From positions 5,234,691 to 5,298,690 of the forward strand of contig MU058824.1 of the NCBI GenBank assembly GCA_013265495.1: a stretch of 64,000 bases of DNA. The letters are read 5' to 3'. The DNA is from Vicugna vicugna. Lineage: Eukaryota. This document shows, piece by piece, positions 42,085-54,675 of the stretch (position 1 is its first letter; every line of letters begins with the position of its first letter). The position numbers and the translations under genes are program-made. The notes below the pieces were generated by a model. That model made no database searches, had not been told where the DNA came from, and saw only the letters and a list, made by a program, of their open reading frames with translations.

Positions 42085-43000
42085 ATATTTTTTTTAAATT
42101 TAAGTGTAGTTAATTCACAATGCTGTGTTAGTTACTAGTGTATAGCATAGTGATTCAGTTATACGTTTATATTCTTTTTCATTATAAGTTACTACAAGCT
42201 ATTGAATATAGTTCCCTGTGCTATACAGTAGACCTTGCTGTTTATCTATTTTATATACAGTAGTTTATATCTGCTAATCCCAAGCTCCTAATTTATCCCT
42301 CCCCTCTTTTCCCCTTTGGTAACCATAAGTTTGTTTTCTATGTCTTGAGTCTCTTTCTGTTTTGTAAATAAGTTCATTTGTGTCATTTTTTAAGATTCCA
42401 CATGTAAGTGATATCATATGGTATTTATCTTTCTCTTTCTGCTTACTTCACTTAGTATGATCATCTCTAGGCCCATCTGTGTTGCTGCAAATGGCATCAT
42501 TTCATTCTTTTTTATCTCTGAGTAGTATTCCGTTGTATATATATACCACATCTTCTTCATGCAGTCATCTGTCGATGGACATTTAGGTTGCTTCATATCT
42601 TGGATATTGTAAATAGTGCTGCTGTGAACATTGGTGTGCATGCATCTTTTCAAATTAGAGTTTTTTTTCCAGATATATGCTCAGGAGTGGGATTGCTGGA
42701 TCATATGGTAACTCCATTCTTAGTTTTTAAAGGAGTTTCCATACCGTTTTCCATAGTGGATGCACCAAATTACATTCCTACCAACAGTGTAGGAGGGTTC
42801 CCTTTCCTCCATACCTTCTCCAGCATTTATCATTTATGGACTTTTTAATGATGGCCTTTCTGACCGGTGTGAGGTAATACTTCATTGTAGTTTTGATTGC
42901 ATTTCTCTGATAATTATTGAACAAATATTGAACATCTTTTCTTGTGCCTCTTGGCTATCTGAATGTCTCCATTGAAGAAATGTCTGTTTAGGTCTTCTGC
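42085..43000 (-). mobile_element. L1 3' portion (ORF2 C-terminus and 3'UTR)
   Basis: KQPKCPSTDDCMKKMWYIYTTEYYSEIKKNEMMPFAAT is the L1 ORF2 C-terminus. Confidence 0.92.
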
Positions 43001-43119
43001 AGGGTTCATAAAATCTTGACCTACCCTTGCCTTCAAATGTATCAGCAATTATAACATGTGATAAAGTATCCCGAAGATATTCTTCTAGTTCTGTGGAAGC
43101 ACTAAAGAAAGGAGTCTTG

Positions 43120-44680
43120 TTCAAGGTGGCATTTGAGTAGGAGAGAATTCATGCACCAGGAAAGCAGGAATTTTTGTCTTTTTATTCATTACATAGTCTC
43201 TAGTACCTAGAACATTGGCTGGCACATATCAAGTGGTCAGTAGACACTTTGTCACGAGAATAGGAGTAAGTCAGGGTAGTTAGGGGTAGTGCATATGTGA
43301 AGGGACTAGCAGCCTGATGAGGTAGACGCCTGTTGGGGACTTGGTGAGTGATGTGGCTGGAGAATAGGTAGGCAAGAGCCAAAGCATGGAGGTTTCTGTT
43401 ATACCCTGCTCAAGTTTGGGACTGTCTTGTAGGCCACAGTGAAGTCTTTAAGCTTGAGAGTGGTATGATCTAATTTGATTTTAGAAAGATCATTCTGGAA
43501 ACTGTGTGAAGGCTAGAGCAGAGAGGATTGCAGTTTGAGTTAGGAAACTGCAGTAGCCTAGTCAAGAAATTATTGAAATCTGAGCCAAGACAGTGGCATT
43601 ATGGATAACATAAGGGAACATATGCAATAAACAACATAGGAAATAAAATGGCATATGATAGGCACAGTACATATTGAACTGTGAACAGTCTTGAACTGTT
43701 GGACCCAGCTTAAGACTTAGTGATTCATTTGTTTACTCTTTCAACAAATATTTAAAGAATGCCTACTATGTGCCAGGGATTGTGTTAGCTATTGAGGATA
43801 TGACAGTGAGTAATTTAGATAAGGCCCCTTCTTAGAGTCTGAAAGATACAGACAAGTAACCTGGCAATTGTAATACTATATTGTGTTAAGTGTTGTGAGA
43901 GGAAATTTAAGGTGTTATAGGAACACGTAGAAGGAGTATCTTACCCAGGCTTGTGGGGTTGGTGAAAGGTTCCTGGAGGGAATGTTGTCCATGCTGAAAC
44001 AAGAAGAATGAGTAGAAGTTAGATGAGTGAAGAAATGTGGGTGAGATGGAGGAAAGAGGGGAAAGGCTCTGGAATGACTCCTTGAGGCCAGATTGAGATG
44101 ACTGTGTACCATGCGATCTTAATGGAGATAGAGAGGGAAGGTGAATGTCCGAGTACTGCTGAGAAGATGAGTTCAGTTATGCTGTGTTGGATTTGAGATG
44201 CCTATGGGACATCCAGATAGAGATGAAGGATATATAGGTTGGAAGTTTGCAGGACAGGTCAGGGTTGGAGATACAGATTTGAGAGTCATCAGGGTAGTTC
44301 TTGAAACCATAGACAGAGTTGAGATCATGCAGGGAGACTGAATAGAGAGAACGTAGGGAGACTAGGGACAAATTAAGGCGCCAGAAAAAGAAGAAGAGTC
44401 TTAGAAAGAGACTTAAGGAGTGACTAGATAGAAAGAAGAAAGAACTGGGAGAGAAAGAAGACAGAAAAAGGAGCTCGAAGAAGGCAGAAGGAGAACAGAG
44501 CAAGAAGTGACCAGCTCAGGAATGTTGCTGAGCTCCAGGATGATAAACATTAAAAGTACTCATTGGATTAGGCAATGTGAGTGTTGCTGGGGATTTAGCA
44601 AGAGCAGTTTCAGTGGAGAAGTTGGTGGCAGGAAACAGACTGGACTGGTTCTAGGAGATAACGGAGAATTCTGAGATGTA
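43120..44680. mobile_element. L2 LINE fragments
   Basis: ttcaacaaatatttaaagaatgcctactatgtgccagg and other L2-like text. Confidence 0.7.
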
Positions 44681-45518
44681 TGCTGCCAGTGTTGAGCAGC
44701 ATGATAAATGGCCATGCTAGAGGGAATTGGTAAGCACATCATGCTCAGCCAAGGTTTTCCACACGCTCGATGAATTGTCGTATGGAAAGTGTCTCTCACT
44801 GAGACTATAAGTGACAAAGAGGATTTATACTGTGTCTTGGAGACAGAAGAAAATAAAGAGCCTTTTATTTACCATACTCTGCCTATTGAAGACTTTCATT
44901 TGTTTCTGGGTTTTCCTTTGTTTTACATAAATTTCCTTTTGATACCTTGGACAAAATTATTGCAAAGGGCAGAGAAAGGGGAACTATCTGTTTTCTTTCT
45001 GGGTGGGAATTCTGATGAAAAAATACGGGATAAATTCCCCAGAAGATAATTAAAACATTTGTGTTCCTGGTGCCCTTACACAAGATTTACCATTTGTATC
45101 AAGTCCGTTTGCATTGCTGTGTAAAATCATCAATATTAGACTTAAGGAGGAGTGGAAGCTCCATATTCTAGCCCACAAAGGTACTAAATGTAGCCAGAAA
45201 TTTTATTGTCTGAAAGACAGATATTCATATTTACTCAATACTTTTCAAGAACTCTAGTGAGTAGAGGAATTATGAATGTTAATAAAATGACATCTGTTAA
45301 TTTTAAAGCATTTTAGCCTCATGTAATAGACAAATATTGACTTCAAGAGAGGCCATATAATAATGTTGGGAAAGTGTATGGGTTCTGGAGTCAGAGAGGT
45401 CTGAATTGAGATCCCAGACTGCATTTAGTAGATATATGCCTTTGGGGATGGTTTCTTAATATTTCTGAGTCTCAGTCTTCTCACATGTGAAATGGTAGTT
45501 AAATAAAGTAACACTTAT

Positions 45519-45612
45519 GGGGGTGTATAGCTCAGGGGTAGAGCGTGTGCTTAGCGTGTATGAGGTCCTGGGTTCAATTCCCAGTACGTTCATTAAAAAA
45601 ATAAAATAAAAT
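45519..45612 (+). mobile_element. tRNA-derived SINE (Vic-1 type) inserted in a MIR
   Basis: gtatagctcaggggtagagcgtgtgcttagcgtgtatgaggtcctgggttcaattcccagtac plus A-rich tail. Confidence 0.85.
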
Positions 45613-46968
45613 AACAGATATAAAGCTCTTAGTATAACAGTTGGCATAAAATATGCACTTTAATAAATCTCAGTTATTGCCCAAGATTGCAAAATTATTT
45701 AGTGCTGGAATCCAAATTTCACAAACATTGCTATGCCCTTTATGTAATATGTTTTTAAACCTACAGCCACATGGACATAGTAGGGGTGGTATGTACTTTT
45801 ATGTACTGTATGTGATTATCTGTTAATTTGGAAATACAGTCTTTCTTATTCTGCCATTGACTCACTCCTTTTAATCTTCCTCCCATCACCTCAGACTTTT
45901 TCATCACATCAATTCTGTCCTCAGGTATCTGAACTCTTTTTCACTTACAAAGACAGAAACCCGATTCAAGCAGATTTGAGCAAAGGAAAACAAATTCTAG
46001 CAAAGGTTCACGTAATTGGCATGTTGGGAATGGAACTGAATGTAGCTTCTTTAAAAATGTTGTCTCTTAGGTCTGGTTTTTCTCTCTGTGTGGCCCCTTC
46101 CACTCCCACTTTCATTCCTACTGCAGCTTGGCTTCTTGCATACAGCAAGAAGATAGTGGGAACATGGCTGGGGGAGCATGGGGAAGAGTTTCAGGATTAT
46201 GTTTCAGGAATATGTCCTCCCAGTTTAGCACCCCTAGAGAAAAGAAAAAACATCTCTCTCCTGGTGTCTGTATATAAAATCTAAGGTAAGGAAGTGAAGT
46301 GAAATGCTGTGTCATGTGCCCATTCCTGGGACAACTACTGTGGCCAGAAGGACAGGACTCCACATGGCTAGGTCTGGGTCTCACGGCCACCCTATGGCTA
46401 GGAAGTGGAGTTCTGTAATTGGCAGCCCCATGAGAACCATGGAGTGGAGGGAGGGAAGTTCTTGGAAGAAGAGGGGAAAGGAATGACAGGCAGAGCAAAA
46501 ACAAAAACAAATGTCCACTCAACCCTGTCAGATGATCAACCTCCTTACTAAGACTCTGGAACCTTTGATTTCTCTTCATTTCGCTTCTCTTCCTCATCCA
46601 TTGGAGCAAATTAATTAATTTCTGATGATCTTCCCTTCCAAATGTTTCTCATGTTTCTCGTTCTGTCCACTACAAATGTCATCATCCTAGCCCAGAACTT
46701 TGTGACTTCACATCTGCTTGTGTTAATGAATTCCAAATTGACTTCCCTGCCTTGTTTTTGTAAAACCAGTTCCCCCGATTCTGTATCTAAATGTAACTTC
46801 ATAAGCCTCTCAATGAGGTAGGCTGAGAACTAGTAACAATAGTAATAATTATCATAACAACAGCAACAACAACTAACAAAATGCATATGTTAGGCACTTG
46901 TTATGTGCTAGGAATAGTTAAGCCTTCTACACATTTTATTTTATTCTCAAAATAATCCTGCAAGGTGT

Positions 46969-49900
46969 TGTGGTGGCCATGAAAAAGTGCCTCTCATGTC
47001 TCCTACTGCAGAGTATAAATGATTGGCAACCCAAGCTGTTGCACTCTGAACCCATCACTGCATTTGCACTAACGTCACAGTTCCCACAGCCTGTGCTCCA
47101 CCAGTGACTGAGCACAGCAGGGCTGCAAAGGCAGGCCATTCCTAGTAGTTATAGGACTCCTATGACAGGCTACTTTGGCTTGAGAATTTCCTATTGGCCT
47201 TGCTGAAATTTTCTTTGAATTACATGAAAGTCTTAAGACTCTTCCTACCTAACTTTCTTTCTTTCCCTCTCTGCTACATGGAGGTCAGACCTGCATCATG
47301 TTCTGATAACTCTCCCAGCCTTTTCTGATTCCCTCCCCATTTTCCCTCACAGGAGCTCACCTTGCCCCCACTGTGAATTTCTTGTGTATCTAATTTCATC
47401 TTGAAATCTGCTTCTTAGATGATTCAACCAATACACATGGGCCAAGAAAATAGGTTGAACTGGCTGTGGTTCAGCCATTCCCCAGTGGACAAAGATTATT
47501 CCTGCCTGGGCAGTATGTGAAGCATGAATAGTGGGCACACTTGGCACATGGTGGTGGTCCAGTTGCTAAAGATTTCATTCGTGGTTGAGAGGATTAACTT
47601 TGCTGGTCCAGTGATTCAGTCACTAGAAGATATGAGATACGAGAACAATGTATACAAAGACAGCAGAGTTGGCTTGCTATTGCTAAGCTGAATTGATGCC
47701 TGTCTGGCAGAGGGATAATGAGAGTCAGAGGGCTATTAACAAATAGTTAAAGTCTAAGTATGAGAGCCCTTATGTATTGCAGTGGAAGAGATGACATGAA
47801 TGAGTAGCGAACAGATAATCTGATTAGATCTCCAGAGACATTAAAGAACAGGTCTGTTATGCTAAGGTCAGGGTCCTGGCTGGGAAAACCTGGGACCCTG
47901 ACTTATGGGTTAGGGACATCTTGATGGATGCTTCTAAGGATTTTGGCTCTGAAGATGCCCCTCAACCCTAAGAATTTGCAGAAGTGAACTACTCTTTCAC
48001 AGTCAGAGCTAGTACTTTTGTATTGAAAGACATTGTAATATAAGTTGTAGAATCCCTCCTTCCATAAGTTAACAAGTACCCCATCAGGAGCCCTACCAAC
48101 TCCCATGGCTGTTAGGCCAATAATTTAGGGTTAAATACTAGTGTAACCTCTGATAAGAGAGGGAAGATGTTATACACTGAACGATCTGCAAGAATTAGTT
48201 AGCATGTACTGTCAGAAGCAAGGTGGTATGTGTGGTATTGTATTTTGAAGGTGCTTTATCTGGGGAACTGGAATATAAGATTGGGTAAGCAAGAATTTAT
48301 TGACTTATGGACAGTTTTTTGGGGATACAGGACTTAATACCCTTGTAAGAACCCTAGGGGATGAGGTGGTTCTTAGAGTCTTTAAGAAAGTGATAGCCAA
48401 TGTTGAGTGAAGTATTTGAGCTATCCTGATACACAGTAGAAGGCTGAGGAAAGTAGGCAAACAGGAATGGCTATGTTATGTGAGGCCACAAAGCATACCA
48501 GTTGACTGTATTCAATGAGAGAGCTCAGAAGACACATCATTCACCAAGGGCATCAGGAAAGCACTAGTGAGAGTAGCACCAGCATCATAGTGGTGGCTCT
48601 TCTCCACAGGTCAGGGCTAGTTGTGGGAGAGGTGGTTACAGAGCTGGTCTCATTAATATCCATGGGGGTGAGCGTCAGTGTAACAGAGGTCACAGTTGCA
48701 ATGACTTTCAAGGTCTGAGGGAACAGCTAAGAGACTTAAGCTGCATGGAGTTGTGGAGATGGTAATAGGGCATGATGTCTCTAGCAGAAAAATTGGTAGC
48801 AACAGCATGACAGATGTATTATGATGATTCTCCTAGTTCTTTCCCAAAGGGACCACAGGCAGTTTATTTGGGTGATTGTATATTGGGGAAGGGGAAATAA
48901 CCCAGACATTTTGAGACCCACAGTCTGAGTCTAAAAATGTTTGAGATTGGTACCTGGAGACCCAAAACATCATCATAGTTCTAATACAGTGGACCTCCAG
49001 TAGGTCTACAAACACCAGGTAGTAAATAAATCCTCAATAAAGTCTGGCTTAGAGTGGGCCTGTCAGGTTTGTGGATATATCTAGTGGCCATATCTCCTGT
49101 TCCTGATTGCATTGATACACTTGAATGTTAGAGTAACCCTCACATTGCTGTCTTAGTTTATGGGGTAAAAGATATAGTGAGGAAGGCCAAGGAGGAACCT
49201 TTGAAACTGTTCCTTCATCTTCCTTCCTCTCCCAGCCAGAATAGTAAGTCAGAAGCAATACCACATCCCTGGAGAATGACTGGCTTAAACAAGCAGTAGC
49301 CTTCACTATAGCTGCTGTGCCAGATATGGTCTAATTGCTAGAGCAGAACAATAAAGCTTCAGGTACATGGTATATGGCCATTGATCTGACAAAAGCATTC
49401 TTTTCAATTCCAATTAGGAAAGGGGATTGGGAACAGTTTGTATTCACAGGGATGGCCAATAATATTCATTTACATTTTGGCCTCAAGGCTGTGTCAACTT
49501 TCTTGCCCAGTCATAACATAGTTTGATGAAATCTGGACTGCCCGGCCATTCCACAGACCATCACACTGATCCATTTCATTGATGGCATGCTGATGTGCTC
49601 TAGAGGGTGGGAGAAAAACCCTGTGAAGACTCAGGAACCTGCCATTTCACTGAAGTTTTTAGGAGTCCAATGGTCAGGAGTATGTTGGGATAGCTCCCCA
49701 GAGTAAGAAGCAGATTGTTGCATCTTATATTCCATACCACAAAGGAGTCCTCTTTGGGTTCTGGAAGCAATATATTTTACAGCTAGGATCATTGCTCTGG
49801 CTCATATACAGTGACATGGAAGACTGCCAGCTTTGAGTGAGACCTAGAAAAGTCAAGTCTCTGCCAGTAGAATCTGGAGGACCCTATAGTGTTGAAAGTG

Positions 49901-51624
49901 TCAGTGGTAGGAAATGATACAGTATGGAGCTTATGTTAAGCACCAGTGGGAGAATCACAATACAGGCCCTTGGAATTCTTGCTCCTGCTGCCTCTGAATG
50001 TTCAACCTGTCAGCAGTAGAGACCATTGCTGAGCCCTTGATAGGACACTATTTCTTGAGGAGACCAACCAGCTACTTGGTGGCAAGCCAACTATACTGGG
50101 TGTCTCCCACAATGGCAGGGCCAGTGGTTTATCGTCACAGGGATAGATGACTTACCTGGGGTGTGGGTTTGTATTTCCTACCTATAGTGCCTCAGCCAGC
50201 ATCACTATTTAGGGGCTTATGGAATGCCTGATCTGCAGGGATTCTCACCCAGCTTAGAATCCAAACATGGGACCCTCTTCACAGTGAAGGATGTGTGAAG
50301 TGGGCGCATGATTGTGGGTCCACTGGTCATATCACACACTGTACCATTGATGGGCAGCTGGTTTCAGAAAATCGTGAACAGCCTTTTAAAGGCACAGCTA
50401 AAATGTTAGCAGTGGTGGCAGCAATTTGAAAGGATGGGGCACCATCCTTCAGGATGCAGTATACATGTAGGGAACATTATATGGTGCTAGGTCCTCAATA
50501 GAAAGAATACATGGGTCTGGGAACCAAAGGGTACAAGCAGGAGTAAACTCACAGTGACCCAGTGGGGAATTTTGTACTTCCTGTCCCTGCATCTCTGAGC
50601 TTTGAAGATTTGGAGGTTCTGATCTCTAAAGAAGGTGTATTCTTGCCAGGGCACACAGCAAGGATCACACTGAACTATAAGCGACGGCTGCCACCAGGGC
50701 ATTTTGGACTCCTGTGTCCAGGGACCAGCCTGAGAGAAGAAGGGTCACCATATTGGCAGAAGTAATTGACCCTGATCAGCAGGAGAAGGTAAGGCTGTTT
50801 TTACCCAGTGGGGACAGAGAGGGGATATGTATGGAATCTGTGTGACTCAATTGGGCGTCTCCTGGTGTTTCTTTGCCCTCTTGAATGGACACATGTAGCA
50901 ACTCCAGCCTGCGAAGGATATGGTTACCCACTGCATGATTACCAGACCCCTCAGGAATGAAGGCTCAGGTCACGGTACCAGGGGAGTCGCCAAGATAAGC
51001 CAAGGGGATAGAGGACAGTGAGGGGAACTTAGAATGGAGAAGGTGGAGTGCAAGTACCAGTTGCAGGCCTGAGATCAGCAACAGTGACGAGGGCTGTAGT
51101 TTGTTCCACTCAGTGGGCCCTTCCTCACTAAGAGAGAACCCGTGGAACTATGGAGGAGCTGCTCCCCAGTTCCTGCAGAGAAAGAGCTGTGTGCGATCAT
51201 GGACATGTGTCTCTCAGATCCCCTACTGTGGGCAGCATAATTGATGCCCCCAGCTGCTGTGTTCTACACACGACCACATTTGCTCTGAGGCCATGTTTCC
51301 TGTGGTCTGTTTTCGCATAGTGATGGTACACAGCAGGCCCATTCCTGGGAGATAGAGGACGCCCCTAACAGATGATCTTGGCCTGAGGATTCTACATTGG
51401 CTTTGTGGAAACTCTCTGAAAGCTTTTTGACATTCTAAGTCCCTTCATATCTTACCTTCCTCCTTTCCCTTTCTGCTTCTCATGGGTCAGATGTGCATCA
51501 CTGTCTGGCAGATCTCAGTCTTCTCCAGCTTCCTCCCCATTTTCTTTCAGAGGTGTTTCCCCCAATTTCTTGCAAGTATAATCTGATCTTGGTGTCTACT
51601 TCTTGGTAGACTAGAAATAACACA
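46969..51624 (+). mobile_element. Ancient ERVL provirus with LTR16A-type LTRs (about 46969-47435 and 51188-51624) and a deleted, degenerate internal region
   Basis: Two homologous TG...CA LTRs; RT motif TWYMAIDLTKAFFSIPI (49335-49526); integrase-like WWQANYTG near 50080; dUTPase-like RLPPGHFGLL (50562-50765). Confidence 0.88.
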
Positions 51625-53339
51625 GGTAGGTATAAATTTACTCATTTCAGAGATGAAGAGACTATGCTTCAGGGAGGTTAAGTAACCTGTATAAGGTTAT
51701 ACAGCCAGTAAGTGGCAGAGCCATGATTTACATCAAGGATCATCTGGCTTCAAAGCCTATGTGCCTAGATTTCACATTCCTGTTTTCCTGCTTCTGCAGT
51801 TTCCATTGGCTTGTTTCTCCCCTAGTCTCCTGGAAAGGCTTTTGAATATTCTAGTCTGTCTCTGCACTGCAAAGGCAGGAGTTTTGACAATACTTGTAAT
51901 GTGAAACGAAGAACATTGTACTCTTGGGGTCAGTTACAGTTCTTGAGGTTAAAGAGCCCCCCTGAGAAGAATAAACTCAGAGGACGGGGTTGGCACAGCA
52001 TTGCTGAACTTCCCTCCCTGCCTGGAGAGTCCGCCTGGAGATTCCCCCTGGAGAGTTAAACCGTGGAAGTTCAGAGTTTTGTTTTATAAGAGAAACTGTA
52101 TGCCTTTTACCCATGATCTAACTAGTGCATGTCCCTCTTTCACCCAGAATTTTCTCTGAATTTGGAAGGTTTCCTCTTCTTAATTAAATAAGGCACAAAA
52201 TTTCTTAGGAGTGAAAATCTAGAGCTCTGTGGATTTTGTGGCCCAGCCACTTCCTGTGGAATTCATTCACCCTTTCCTGAGCACAGTTTTCCTAACCGCC
52301 GTGGCCTCAAGGAGACTGTGCTCTTACATCATTCTGATTCTTGAGTGCGCACGGAGCTTTTGTGAGATTCTCTATTGAAAGCTGGAACGTCTGAATGAGA
52401 TGTTAGAAAAGGATAGCAAAAGAGAAACCAACATAGGGAGTACCATCTGTCTATTGCAGGCAATAAGGCTTGCAAGTCAGCTTTATTTTCAGAGTCTGCA
52501 GGATGCTTTCCATCCCTGGGCAGCTCACCCAAGATCTTCCCTTGGTGGCTCTTGGTGGGCCTCCGTTAGGTGAAAACCACTACCATTTAACAAGAGTGAG
52601 GCTAGATGGCTTTCTGCCTTAGGGCCTGCCTTAATTATTCTGTTTCAAATAAATTGTTCCCTTTCTTTTTTGAGGAACCTTGCTCATCTTAGATGTTTGA
52701 CACGTAATCACTTCACCTGACTTCTGAAAAATCTATCCCTTTCCAATAGGGATGCAGCTTCCACAGCATATCTGTGTCATAATTTAACCTCTTCTCCTCA
52801 CCCATTTCATCTTCATCATCATTCTCATCTCTGCTGGATCATTCCTGTATTCTCATCAGCACACAAACATGCTGTGATATACCATCTTAACAAAAAACAA
52901 ACCACAGAACAAATGTACTCAATTCTACAACCATTTTCAGCTTATGGCTCTTTTCTACTTTCTAGCATAACTCTTATCTGTTTCCACTGCCTCTCTCCCC
53001 ATTTTTTCCTGAACCCACCACATCAGTTAGACTTTCATTCCTACCATTCCACTGAGAATGCTCTTGTGAAGGTCCCCAGTGGCTTCTAGGTTATGAAATC
53101 CAGCATTTAATCCTCAGTCCCCATCTTGCTTGTCCTCTAGGCAACATTAACATAATTGATCACTCCCTCAGACCTTCAAAATGATCTTCACTTGACTTTG
53201 GAGACACTGCACTCCCCTGGTTTCCTGCCTATATCATGAACTGCTCTTCCTCATATTTCTTATCTCATATTTCCTATCATGTTGGAGTGCCCTAGGACTC
53301 TGGCCTCAGACCTTTTCTCTGTCTATATTCACACCCTAT

Positions 53340-53450
53340 CAGGAGTTGGCAAACCACTTCTATAAAGAACCAGATAGTAAATATTGGTTTTGTGGGCCAT
53401 ATGGTCTTTTATAACTATACTCAAGAAGCTATAGACAGTACGTACATGAA
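53340..53450. mobile_element. MER58A fragment
   Basis: caggagttggcaaac...ccagatagtaaatatt...tgtgggccatatggtct. Confidence 0.7.
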
Positions 53451-54538
53451 TGTTGAATTGATGATTGTCATGATTGCTAAATGTGTTCAGTACTTATTAA
53501 TTATGAGCCTTACAGTGTTAAATAAACAATAGCTTTAGGAGTTACCTGAGCTTTATTGGAGCTCAGAGGGAGGAAAATTCCCTACCTATGTAGGGGAGGG
53601 CAGGGAGTTCTATTTTGAAACGTCTGTATATTTCTCCAGGTCCTTGTGCCCAGTTTTGTTTAAAATTCAGGAGTTTTAAAAGGCTCAAGGCTCAATCCGA
53701 ACTCTTTTTTCTTATTAATGTCAGCATTCATCCTTTGCTGATCACCTGGGAGAAGGAACTGTGTAGGGGTTGGGGTGGCTGGGGGGGCAGGGAGGGGTGG
53801 CTTGGGCATGGCTGGGGGAGGAACGAGGGACAGCTTCTTACTAGGGTCTAAGAAAGAGGGAGGCTACTTTATTTGTTGAGATGTGGTGATTAAACTCCCA
53901 AAATGAATTTTGAGGGACAGCTGCACACAGAAAAGAGATGGTGATTAGAACTAATTACTGTTGTTGTAGATGTTTTGCATTTCTGTGGCGCTTTGTATTT
54001 ACAAAGAATTCTGTCATCACTTATTAACTTCCTCCCCCCCAGAGCCTTGTGACATGGGCAACACTACCACAGATGTTTGTGTTTGTTTTCTGGGAAGAAA
54101 TATGAGCTGCTTTGGCTACATACTAGGATTAAGGAATCAAAATCCTTATTGCAGCTCTTTTACTTCCTATATGACTTTGAGAATTCAAATAAGAAGAATT
54201 TGAACACTGTCTTATTCTATAATTTTATTATGAAGACTAACTCATGAAGATGGTTCAGTACTTTGTTAAGTTAAAAAAGCTACTATATGCAGGTACATAA
54301 CAACAATACTAACCTCTATAAAATTCAGTTTCCTCCAGGTTTTTAAAAAATAACAGTAGTGTCTGTATCATATTTTTACATATCAAGTGCTTAGCATAGT
54401 ACCTAGCATATTTACCTAATAAGTGCTAAAAAGCACTACCCATTATCAGTACCATAACAAGATCCATGTAACATATGCATTCTTATTGCTTCCACTTGAT
54501 TGCTTTAGTATTCCTGTCTTTGGGTAACCAAAGATGTG

Positions 54539-54675
54539 TGATGTGACAGCTTGAAGACTGTCTTAGTATGTTTGGGCTTCTATAACAATACTGTAGACTA
54601 GCTGGCTTATAAACAACAGAAATTATTTCTCATGGCTCTAGAGGCTGGGAATTCCAAGATCAAGGTTCCAGTCAG
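54539..54675 (+). repeat. Exact 137-bp direct copy of 56909-57045
   Basis: Base-for-base identity read directly. Confidence 0.95.

Noticed and set aside
44756..44788. Imperfect hairpin tttccacacg...cgtatggaaa
   Set aside because: 10-bp arms with a mismatch are plausible by chance, and it lies in a putative fossil exon.
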